Origin: an uncultured Planctomycetota bacterium
Lineage (GTDB): Bacteria > Planctomycetota > PLA2 > JAEUHO01
Length of the DNA: 64,000 bases
Assembly: GCA_963752285.1 (NCBI GenBank)
Contig: CAVVXN010000005.1
Coordinates: 2,016,001-2,080,000 of the forward strand
Reading direction: 5' to 3'
Shown: piece by piece, positions 19,436 through 28,060 of the stretch
Layout: the number at the start of each line of letters is the position of its first letter
How positions within the stretch are numbered: position 1 is the first letter of the stretch
Translations under genes and position numbers: made by a program
The notes under the pieces: model-generated
The model's input: the letters and a program-made list of their open reading frames with translations, nothing else
What the model was told of the DNA's origin: nothing
Database searches by the model: none

Positions 19436-20673
19436 GAGGGGCGGCCCTCCTCTTCGCGCCAGCGCTGGATGAGCGCCCAGAAGCGGTCCGTGAACTCGTC
19501 GATCTCGTGGCGGGGAAACAAGGCGGCGACCTTCTGGTGCACGGCGTCCTTCGCGAACGCCGCCCCGAACGCCTCCCACGCGACCTCGTCCAGGTGGGCG
19601 AGGTGCCGTGCGCAGAAGGACTCGAACGCGTCCACGTCGAGCCGGGCGCGGGCGATCGCCGCGTACGCGGCGAGCTTCTCGCGCGCGGGGCGGTCCTCCC
19701 GGGCGACCTCGAAGTACGGCTCCCAGTCGGTGGCCTTCTGCATGCGACGGCGCGTCGCGGCCGCGAAGACCGCCCACCGGACCTTCGCCTTCACGAGCCA
19801 CGGAAAGTGGTAGTGGAGGGACGTCACCTGCGAGTCGGGACACGCGTTCGCGAAGTCGATCGGGTAGAAGACGCCGTCCTGTCGGAGGGCCTCGCAGGAG
19901 TTGAAGTCCCAGCCGAAGAAGGTGTTGATCGTGAGCGTCATGTCCTCGAGAAGGGATCGCTCGTCGGGCGTCACGAAGTCCTTGTCGAGCGTGTACCGCT
20001 CGTGGAGCGGCGCGGCGGGGTCGTAGCGCATCACCCGCGTCTGCGGGCCTACCGCGAGGCAGCGCACGAACAGGTCGTGGGGCTCGACCGCGCGCTGGAG
20101 GTGCATCACGCGCTTCCCGCTCTGCTCGTAGGCGGCGCGCAGTCCGGCCTCGTCGTCGATGCGACTCACGCCGACCCAGGCGCCGCCGTCGTACGGCTTC
20201 ATGTAGAGCGGGTATCCGACCTTCTGTCCGATCTCGCCCAGGTCGAAGAGACGCGCGTAGCGGCGCAGCGTCACCTCGAGGTCGTCGCGGGGCTCGTAGT
20301 CCTTCGGCGGGAGCATCCAGGTCGCCGGGACCGGCAGGCCGAGGCGCATCATGGCCACGTACGACGTGTGCTTCTCCATGGACTGGATCGCCCACGGGTT
20401 GTTGAGCACGTACGTGTCGTTCATGAGAACGATCTTCTTGATCCACTCGCGGCTCGTGTGATACCAGTGCGTCAGTCGGTCGAGCACGACGGCGTACCGA
20501 CAGGGCTGGCGCAGGTCGAACGGCTCGATCGTGACGCGTTCGACCTCGAACCGAATGCGCTCGCCGCCCACCGGGATCTCGAGGTCGAGCCGCCGGACGA
20601 TCTCCTCGAAGAGGAGCGGCCAGCAGATGTCGGCCCCGAGCGACAGACCGATCCGCCGCGTGATCGTGCCCAC
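19432..20673 (-). CDS. RimK/glutathione-synthetase-like ATP-grasp protein
   Basis: VLNNPW, EKHTSYVAMMRLGLPVP, GYPLYMKPYDGGAW, FNSCE and IDFANACPD motifs. Confidence 0.85.
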   Translation of the reverse strand: MGTITRRIGLSLGADICWPLLFEEIVRRLDLEIPVGGERIRFEVERVTIEPFDLRQPCRYAVVLDRLTHWYHTSREWIKKIVLMNDTYVLNNPWAIQSMEKHTSYVAMMRLGLPVPATWMLPPKDYEPRDDLEVTLRRYARLFDLGEIGQKVGYPLYMKPYDGGAWVGVSRIDDEAGLRAAYEQSGKRVMHLQRAVEPHDLFVRCLAVGPQTRVMRYDPAAPLHERYTLDKDFVTPDERSLLEDMTLTINTFFGWDFNSCEALRQDGVFYPIDFANACPDSQVTSLHYHFPWLVKAKVRWAVFAAATRRRMQKATDWEPYFEVAREDRPAREKLAAYAAIARARLDVDAFESFCARHLAHLDEVAWEAFGAAFAKDAVHQKVAALFPRHEIDEFTDRFWALIQRWREEEGRPS

Positions 20674-20699
20674 GAGTCCCTCCGCGCCGTCCCGAGCGC

Positions 20700-21839
20700 T
20701 CAATCGTAGACGAGGCCCAGTGGCCCGGGGAAGAGCCAGCTCAGGCTCTCGCGCAGGCGGTCGCGCCAGTTCTCCCAGTTGTGACCGTCCCGCGCCTCGA
20801 CGTACCGGACGTCCATGGCGGTCTGCTGCAGGAGGGAGACCAGGGAGCGGTTCTCGTAGATCAGCGCCTCGTACGTGCCGCACGTGACGAAGATGCGTTC
20901 GGAGAAGCGCCCGGGTGCGGCGCGGAACCCGTTCACGAACCGCACGATCGGGTCGAAGGCCGGCGGCCGGGCGCTCCGCCCGATGTCGGTGAAGGCGAAC
21001 GACCCCGACTGGAGCAGGAGCCGCCCCACGACGCCCGGATGTCGCCACGCGGCGTACAGGGCGGCCACCGCGCCGAGGCTTGCGCCCATGAGCCCGAGGG
21101 AGGCGCGGCCGGGACGGACGGGGTAGCGCGAGGAGAGGAGCGGAACGAGCTCCTCCACGACGTGGCGGGCGTGGTCGGGGTTCGCCGCGTACTCCACCAT
21201 CCGGTCGGCCGGACGGCAGAGCGCCACGACCATCGGCGCGACCTCGTTGCGGTAGATCAGGTTGTCGAGGACGATCCGGAGCCCCGCGTACTCGACGTAC
21301 TCGGGCCCGTCGAACACCACGAGCAGCGGGTAACGCCGCGACCTCCGCAGCCGGCGCGGGAGGTAGACGTGGACCTCGCGCTGCCCGTTCAGGGAGGGGG
21401 CGGGCACCATGATCTTCTCGACGCGCCCGCCTTCGACCGACGGGTCCGGTCGGATCCACGACGGCGTCTCGTAGCCGCTCCCCTGGCAGACCGAGTTCGC
21501 GCCGAAGGGGTCGCGCGCGAGGAGCGGGTTCAGAGGATCCCGGATCCACGTCGTCTCGGCGCCCCGGACGACCTCGAGCTTGTACTCGATCCGCGACCCG
21601 GGCGGAACGTCCACGACGAGGTACCAGAGCGTCGTGCTCGCCACCCGGAGGAAGGGCTGCGAGGTCGGGAGGCCGTACACGAAGTGACGGAGGCGGACGT
21701 CGTCGGCGTCGCCACGGTAGAGGAACGTGATCGACGGCCCTTCCACGATCGGCACCGCGCGGTCCGCGAGGAAGCGGTCTACCGCCGCCTCGTCGAGGGG
21801 GCCCTCGCCCTCCAGGAAGTCGAGGATCGCGACGGTCAT
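20700..21839 (-). CDS. Enterochelin-esterase-like alpha/beta-hydrolase with an N-terminal Ig-like (CBM48-like) domain
   Basis: N-terminal ITFLYRG..RIEYKL..IRDPLNP..FGANS; VYLP..YPLLVVFDG; GASLG elbow; GHNWENW. Confidence 0.85.
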   Translation of the reverse strand: MTVAILDFLEGEGPLDEAAVDRFLADRAVPIVEGPSITFLYRGDADDVRLRHFVYGLPTSQPFLRVASTTLWYLVVDVPPGSRIEYKLEVVRGAETTWIRDPLNPLLARDPFGANSVCQGSGYETPSWIRPDPSVEGGRVEKIMVPAPSLNGQREVHVYLPRRLRRSRRYPLLVVFDGPEYVEYAGLRIVLDNLIYRNEVAPMVVALCRPADRMVEYAANPDHARHVVEELVPLLSSRYPVRPGRASLGLMGASLGAVAALYAAWRHPGVVGRLLLQSGSFAFTDIGRSARPPAFDPIVRFVNGFRAAPGRFSERIFVTCGTYEALIYENRSLVSLLQQTAMDVRYVEARDGHNWENWRDRLRESLSWLFPGPLGLVYD

Positions 21840-22804
21840 CGCCCGCGCGCGTCCTCGAGCGTCTCCTCCAAGGCGTCCTCGAGCGTGCCGTCGAGGCCGA
21901 GGCGCCAGGCGCCGCCCGCCGCGCTCGTGATGCGCTCGCCGTCGATCCGCACGCCGCACCCGGGGTCGAGGACGATCCCCCGCTCGGGAAGGAGGCGGCG
22001 CGCGAGCGTCTCGACGCGTGTCCGGTCCTCGATCGCGAGTCGCGCGCTCGCGTCCGGGAGCAGCACGACGCCCGAGACGAGCGCGAGGCCCCGGCCCATC
22101 ACCTCGGCGTGGCCCTCGCCCTGCGGGGGGCGGTCGTGGAAGAGGAGGATCCGCTCGGCGAGGGCCATCGCGCCGCCGGACCACGCGAAGCAAGGGCGCG
22201 TCGCCAGCGCGTCGGCGAGCCCGAAGAGGCGGAGCCGGTTCCTGAGGATCGGCACGTGTCCGCCCGCGACGAGCACCGCGGCCGCGCCGTCGATCACGCG
22301 TCGCATCTGCTCCGCCGGCACCCGGATCGCGTCGCGCTCGCCCGGCCGCCACCGATCGGCGAACTCGGTCTCGATCGCCTCCGCCCGCTCGAGGTGCCCT
22401 CGGTCGAGCGCACGCACCATCTCGAGGGCGTCGGAGAGCTCCCCCGCGAGCACACGGGACGGCCCCCCCGCGACCCGGAGCTCCGCCCGCGCCACGAGGA
22501 GGTGCCCGAGCCGGGTCCGGTACGCGGCCTGGGACGCGCGGAGGAGCGCACGCCGGGCCCGATACGCCTCGAGCAGCTCCCGGTCCCGGGCGAAGGCGAT
22601 CTCCGCGGCGTGGTGCAGGCGGAGGTTCTCGACGGGGCGTCCCACGGCGCGGTCCAGGCGCTCGGTCTCGCCCTCGCGATCCTCCCAGCCGGCCGTGATC
22701 GCCGCCAGGGGCCCCGCGACGCCGGCGGCGGCGAGCGCCGCGGGGAGCGTCGGGTCCGAACGCTGTGGGCCGAGCAGGACGACCGTGGGGGGTACCGCAT
22801 GCAC
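21836..22804 (-). CDS. Peptidase S51 (peptidase E/cyanophycinase-like, GATase-1 fold)
   Basis: AAITAGW, LVAGGH and AWSGGAMAL nucleophile-elbow motifs; 4-bp overlap with the downstream esterase. Confidence 0.65.
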   Translation of the reverse strand: MHAVPPTVVLLGPQRSDPTLPAALAAAGVAGPLAAITAGWEDREGETERLDRAVGRPVENLRLHHAAEIAFARDRELLEAYRARRALLRASQAAYRTRLGHLLVARAELRVAGGPSRVLAGELSDALEMVRALDRGHLERAEAIETEFADRWRPGERDAIRVPAEQMRRVIDGAAAVLVAGGHVPILRNRLRLFGLADALATRPCFAWSGGAMALAERILLFHDRPPQGEGHAEVMGRGLALVSGVVLLPDASARLAIEDRTRVETLARRLLPERGIVLDPGCGVRIDGERITSAAGGAWRLGLDGTLEDALEETLEDARGR

Positions 22805-22907
22805 GGGCGAGATGGTAGATCACGCTTCCCCCGCGGGAAGGGACGCTCTCGGCGGCCCGGCTCGTGGCCTCGGCCAGGCGCCTCGCGGGGTGGACGGGAG
22901 GCCCGCC

Positions 22908-24128
22908 GTGCACGTCGTCTTCGTGGAGCCGCGCTTTCCCTCGAACCAGCGCGAGTTCGTGCGCGGGCTCGCGTCCGTGGGCGCGCGCGTGACCGGGATC
23001 GGCGAGGCGCCGGTCGAGCACCTGGACCCGGAGCTCAAGGGCTGGCTCTCGGACTACGTGCGCGTGGGGTCGGTCTGCCACGAGGACGAGATGCTCGAGG
23101 CCGTGCGCCGGATCCAGGCGGCGGGCTGGGTGGACCGCCTCGAGGCTACGGTCGAGGCGCACATCCTTCCCGTGGCGCGCGTGCGCGAGGCCACGAAGAT
23201 CCCGGGAACGTCCGTTCGCACGGCGTATCTCTGTCGCGACAAGCCCGCGATGAAGGAAGCGCTCCGCGAGGCCGGGGTCGCCACCGCGCGGTCCACCGGC
23301 GCCGCCTCCTCGGACGACGTGCGCCGCTTCGCGAAGGAGGTCGGCTACCCGCTCATCTTGAAGCCGCCGAGCGCCGCGGGGGCCGCGGGGACGATCCGCG
23401 TGGACGACGAAGGAGCGCTCACGCGCGCGCTCGCCGAGACCGGCGTGGACCGCGGCCAAACGGTCGCGGTCGAGGAGTTCGTCGAGGGCCACGAGGCGTT
23501 CTACGACACGCTCGCAATCGACGGCCACGTAGGGCACGACTTCATCTCGCACTACTACCCCGGCGTGCTCGAGGCGATGCGCACGCGATGGATCTCTCCG
23601 CAGATCGTGGTGACGAACCGCATGGACGCACCGGCGTACCAGGAGGTCCGCGCGCTCGGGCTTCGCGTGATCGAGGCGCTCGGCATCGGCACCTCGGCGA
23701 CCCACATGGAGTGGTTCTTCGGACCGAAGGGCCTCAAGTTCTCCGAGATCGGGTGCCGCCCGCCGGGCGTCGGGCAGTGGGACCTCTACTGCGCGGCGAA
23801 CGAGATGGACCTGTATCGCGAGTGGGCCATGGCGGTCGTCCACGGCCGGACCGACGCCCGGCCCACCCGTCGCTACGCGGCGGGCATGATCGCGCTCCGA
23901 CCCGACCGGGACGGGCGGATCGTGGGCTACGACGGCGCGGAGCGGGTGTTCGAGCAGATCCGCGACCACGTGATCCACGCCCACCTGCCGGCCCCCGGCA
24001 CCCCCACGCAGCCGGTGGAGGCGGGATACAAGGCGAACGCCTGGATCCAGGTGCGCCACCCCGACTACGACGAGGTCCGCCGGATCCTCGACTTCGTGGG
24101 CGAGAACCTGAAGGTCCGCGCCGCGTAG
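22908..24128 (+). CDS. ATP-grasp domain protein, paralog C
   Basis: GTG start after GGGAGG; CRDKPAMK, GYPLILKP, EEFVEGHE, THMEWF and EIGCRPPG motifs. Confidence 0.85.
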   Translation: MHVVFVEPRFPSNQREFVRGLASVGARVTGIGEAPVEHLDPELKGWLSDYVRVGSVCHEDEMLEAVRRIQAAGWVDRLEATVEAHILPVARVREATKIPGTSVRTAYLCRDKPAMKEALREAGVATARSTGAASSDDVRRFAKEVGYPLILKPPSAAGAAGTIRVDDEGALTRALAETGVDRGQTVAVEEFVEGHEAFYDTLAIDGHVGHDFISHYYPGVLEAMRTRWISPQIVVTNRMDAPAYQEVRALGLRVIEALGIGTSATHMEWFFGPKGLKFSEIGCRPPGVGQWDLYCAANEMDLYREWAMAVVHGRTDARPTRRYAAGMIALRPDRDGRIVGYDGAERVFEQIRDHVIHAHLPAPGTPTQPVEAGYKANAWIQVRHPDYDEVRRILDFVGENLKVRAA

Positions 24129-24228
24129 GCTCGCGGCCCGGTTCGGTGGACTACACCGGCGAGGCGGCGCGTCGTATCCTCCGGGAAGGTCCCGTCGTCC
24201 TCGGGACCGGACCGGGAGGAGAGGCGCG

Positions 24229-27200
24229 ATGCGGCGATGGCTCCCCTGGCTCCTCGTGCTCGCGGCCGGCGCCGCGGTCGCGTTCCTCGCGCTTCCCATG
24301 CTCGAAGGGAGCCGGCCGGCGCCGGGAAGCCCCGACCTCCGAGGGGACGCCGCCACCGCGAAGGAGACCGAGGGCGCAACGCTGCGGGGAACCGGTGAGG
24401 CCGGCCCGGGGACCTCGGCGTCCGACGCTCGGTACCGGGTCCTGGGTCGGGTGATCGACGAGGAGGGCCACCCCGCGGCCGGCGTGCGTGTCACGATCGA
24501 GCGCGGGGCCCACGTAGAGGGCAAGGCGGGATGGCTCCGCTGGTACCTCCAACGGGTCGTCACGGGCGACTCCGACCCGGTAGAGCAGGTCGGGGAAGCG
24601 ACCTCGGCGGCGGACGGCTCGTTCTCGTTCGCCCTCGCGGAGGGCGGTTCGCTCCGCGTCTTCGCGAAGCCCGACCCGCCGCGGTGCGGGTCGCGGTCCT
24701 CGGTGTGGGTCTCGGACGAGCAGACGGGAGCGAAAGTCACGCTCCACGTCACCGCCGGCGTCTCGCTCGCGGGTCGCGTCGTGGACGAAGCCGGACACGG
24801 CGTCGCGGCCCAGGTGTCGGCCTCCCTCGCCGTCCAGAACGTGTGGTACCAGACCCGACCCGTGACGGCGGCCGCTGCGGACGGAACGTTTCACCTCTTC
24901 GGGATGCCCGCCGGGACGTGGCGGCTGGCGATCTCGATCCCGCCTCGCCTGCAGCTCGCGGGGATCGAGGTCCAGGTCCCGCGCGACGGCGAGTTCGTCT
25001 ATCGCCTCGGCGAGGGAACGGGCGGCGTCGGCGGTCGCGTGACGAACGAGAGCGGGGCGGCGGTGGCCCACGCGGAGGTCTTGGTCCAGACGACCGCCGT
25101 CGAGGCCGGGGGCGCCTCGCCGAGCGCCTCCGAGCGCGCCGCCACGGACGCGGACGGCCGCTACGAGGTCCGGGGCGTCGTCGCGGGAAGGATCTCGATG
25201 GTGGGCGTCGAGGCGGACGGGCTGCTCCCCTACCTCGAGACCCCGCCCCGTGCGCCGTGGAGCGGCGCGGCGGTGAAGGCGGGCGAACGCACCGAGATCG
25301 ACATCGTCCTGCGCGCCGGCGCGGCGGTCACCGGACGGGTCTTCGACGAGAAGACGAACGCGGGCCTCTCGGGCGCGGACGTCCGCGCGTTTTCCGCCCG
25401 CGGCTACGGCGGGAGGCGATGGGGCGGCGAGACCGATCTCGCCGCCACGACGGATGCGAGCGGGCACTACCGGATCGAAGGGCTCGTGGCGGGGACGTAC
25501 CTGCTCGTCGCGCACCACGCCACGCACTACCTGCCGGGGCTCTTCGCGCCTCGGACGATCCAGGTCCATCGCCCGGGGCTGGTGGCGCAGGTGAACGTCC
25601 CGCCTCCGACCCTCGAGGTGGTGATCTCGGGTGGCACGAAGCAGGTCGAGCGCGACCTCGCGATGCGCGCAGGCTGCTCGGTTCACGGGACGGTGCTCGG
25701 CCCGGACGACCAGCCGGTGGAGGGCGCGCGTCTCCGCTCGGGCGACGCCGCCCTCGGCAACGCGGTGGCGAACCTGGGCTACGACGCGGGCAACGATCTC
25801 TGGACCCTGGGGACGACCGACGCATCGGGACGCTTCGAGATGCACGACCTCCCGGCGCGCCCGGGGCTCGTCCTCGTCGCCACCCACGAGGGATACGTGG
25901 CCGGCGCGTCGGACTCGCTGGCCCTCGACGCGTCGAGCGAGCCGCCCGCGATCGAGATCCACCTCGGTCACGGGGCGACGATCCTCGGCCGGTACCTCGA
26001 CGCGAACGGCCAGGGCGCAGAGGGAGAGGTGTACGCCTACGCCACGCAGTACGAAGGGGTCTTCACCTCGGGCCCGCGGGAAGCCACGGACGCCGACGGG
26101 AGCTTCCGGCTCGAGGACGTTCCCCCGGGAACGGTTCGGCTGAGCGCGTGGGGCTCGGCGGGGTCGCTCCAGCTGCTGGTCGAGAAGCTCCAGCCGGGTG
26201 AGACGCGGGAGGGCGTCGTGCTCCAGGTCGCGGCCGGCGTCCGCGTCTCCGGCGTCGTCGTCGACCCGGACGGAGCGCCGGTCCCGGGCCGCAACCTGAC
26301 GCTCACGCCGAGCGGCGATCCGAACGGCGGCGCGAACCGGAGCGCCACGACCGACGCGCAGGGCCGGTTCACGTTCGAGAACGCCCCCGCCGGCAAGGTA
26401 CAGATCCAGGTCTCGGAGCTGAGCGAGGAAGGGTACGGGCAGAACGTGAACCTGGGTCCGGCGTTCGAGGCGCCGGCGGACGACGTACGGCTCGTCTACA
26501 CGCCCGTCCCGAAGCTCGACGTGAGCGGCCGTGTGCTGGATCCCCGGGGCGCGCCCGTGCCCATCTGTCGGGTCACGATCGAGGCATCGGGCTCGCGGCG
26601 CCAGAACTACGGCTGGAACGGCTACCGGGGAGGCGACGAGGTGGTGGACGGGACCTTCCGTCGCCGGGTCGATGGGACGTTCCCCATCTCGGTCACCGTC
26701 TCGGAGGCGCGGGACGCCGCCGGCGCGCCCCTCAACGTGCGCGGCCAGACGACGCGGGTGGAGGACGCCGCGGGCCTGCCCGTGACGATCCGGCTCGAGT
26801 CCGGCCTGGAAGTCACGGGTCGGGTCCTCGGACCCTCGGGCCAGGGCGTACCGGAAGTCGTGGTGCAATCGACCGGGCAGCGCGCGTGGACCGACGCGGA
26901 CGGCCGGTTCACGCTCCCGGGCGTGGACGACGGCGCGGACACCCTCGAGGTCTCGGCGCCCGAGGACTACGTGCAGCCCCAGAACATCGCTCTCACCGCG
27001 GGTCAACGCACGGTCGAGATCCGGCTGGAGCGGGCCCTCGCGATCTCCGGCTCGGTGGAGGGACCGGACGGGAAGCCGGTCACGAGCTGCTGGGTGCAGG
27101 CTCGGTGGCATCGCCGAGACGAGAAGGAGGAGAAGTTCCTCGGCGCCCAGGTCGAGGGAGGACGGTTCGAGGTCAGGGGCCTGCCCGAAGGCGCCGTCGC

Positions 27201-28050
27201 CCGCCTCGAGGTCCAGACGTGGGGGACGACCTCGCTACGGAAGGTGATCGACGACGTGACCGCCGGGACGACGGGCCTCGTGATCCGCCTGGATGCCGGC
27301 GTGAGCATTCGCGGCCGGGTCGTGAGGTCGGACGGGAACCCGGCGAGCGGTGGGTACGTACGGCTCTGGCCCGAAGGGAAGCAGGACAGTGACACGAGCT
27401 GGGCCCAGATCCAGTCGGACGGGACCTTCGAGGCAGAAGGCCTCGTCCCGGGCGCGTACCGGCTCCTCCCTCGCACCGAGAGCGGTCTCGAGGCCGCGGA
27501 GGGGACGCTCGTCGCCGCGCCGGCCGAGGACGTGCGTCTCGTCCTCCCCGAGTCGCGCTCGATCCGCGGTCGCCTCACGGGCGCGCCGGACCTCCAGGGC
27601 TACTCGGTCTGGGCCAGCACCGCCGACGCGCCGTCGGGCTCGCGTCACGCCACGAGCTCGGGCGCCGACGGCACCTTCACGATCGACGGCGTCGCCGACG
27701 GCACGTACGTGCTGCGCGCGCGCGCCTCGAAGGGCGACGGGTACGGCGTGGTCAAGACCGTCCGTGCGGGAGCGTCCGACGTCGAGATCCCGCTCCAGCG
27801 CGGCCTCGCGATCGAGGGGACGGCCCTCGCCCCGAACGGAGAGCCGATCGAGGACGGCTGGGTCATGGCGCAGGACGACGGGTGGACCGGACAGGCCAAG
27901 GTCGATCACGGCGCGTTCCGGATCGGCGGGCTCCCTCCGGGCCGATACCGGCTGACCGTGTACCAGAAGGTGGGAACGACCTACGAGACCGCCAAGGACG
28001 TGTCGGAAGCCGACGCGGGAGCGACGAGCGTGCGCCTCCGCATGCCCTGA
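24229..28050 (+). CDS. Large membrane-anchored protein with many carboxypeptidase-regulatory-like (Ig/Cna-B) repeats
   Basis: N-terminal TM segment; recurring G.V.D..G.P / TDADG.F / GL.PG.Y motifs across 1273 aa. Confidence 0.85.
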   Translation: MRRWLPWLLVLAAGAAVAFLALPMLEGSRPAPGSPDLRGDAATAKETEGATLRGTGEAGPGTSASDARYRVLGRVIDEEGHPAAGVRVTIERGAHVEGKAGWLRWYLQRVVTGDSDPVEQVGEATSAADGSFSFALAEGGSLRVFAKPDPPRCGSRSSVWVSDEQTGAKVTLHVTAGVSLAGRVVDEAGHGVAAQVSASLAVQNVWYQTRPVTAAAADGTFHLFGMPAGTWRLAISIPPRLQLAGIEVQVPRDGEFVYRLGEGTGGVGGRVTNESGAAVAHAEVLVQTTAVEAGGASPSASERAATDADGRYEVRGVVAGRISMVGVEADGLLPYLETPPRAPWSGAAVKAGERTEIDIVLRAGAAVTGRVFDEKTNAGLSGADVRAFSARGYGGRRWGGETDLAATTDASGHYRIEGLVAGTYLLVAHHATHYLPGLFAPRTIQVHRPGLVAQVNVPPPTLEVVISGGTKQVERDLAMRAGCSVHGTVLGPDDQPVEGARLRSGDAALGNAVANLGYDAGNDLWTLGTTDASGRFEMHDLPARPGLVLVATHEGYVAGASDSLALDASSEPPAIEIHLGHGATILGRYLDANGQGAEGEVYAYATQYEGVFTSGPREATDADGSFRLEDVPPGTVRLSAWGSAGSLQLLVEKLQPGETREGVVLQVAAGVRVSGVVVDPDGAPVPGRNLTLTPSGDPNGGANRSATTDAQGRFTFENAPAGKVQIQVSELSEEGYGQNVNLGPAFEAPADDVRLVYTPVPKLDVSGRVLDPRGAPVPICRVTIEASGSRRQNYGWNGYRGGDEVVDGTFRRRVDGTFPISVTVSEARDAAGAPLNVRGQTTRVEDAAGLPVTIRLESGLEVTGRVLGPSGQGVPEVVVQSTGQRAWTDADGRFTLPGVDDGADTLEVSAPEDYVQPQNIALTAGQRTVEIRLERALAISGSVEGPDGKPVTSCWVQARWHRRDEKEEKFLGAQVEGGRFEVRGLPEGAVARLEVQTWGTTSLRKVIDDVTAGTTGLVIRLDAGVSIRGRVVRSDGNPASGGYVRLWPEGKQDSDTSWAQIQSDGTFEAEGLVPGAYRLLPRTESGLEAAEGTLVAAPAEDVRLVLPESRSIRGRLTGAPDLQGYSVWASTADAPSGSRHATSSGADGTFTIDGVADGTYVLRARASKGDGYGVVKTVRAGASDVEIPLQRGLAIEGTALAPNGEPIEDGWVMAQDDGWTGQAKVDHGAFRIGGLPPGRYRLTVYQKVGTTYETAKDVSEADAGATSVRLRMP

Positions 28051-28060
28051 CGGCCCCCCC

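Noticed and set aside
1759..24128. Cyanophycin (cphA/cphB) or graspetide RiPP cluster
   Set aside because: No ATP-grasp-Mur ligase fusion like CphA is present. The intergenic gaps are too short and show no precursor-peptide ORF.
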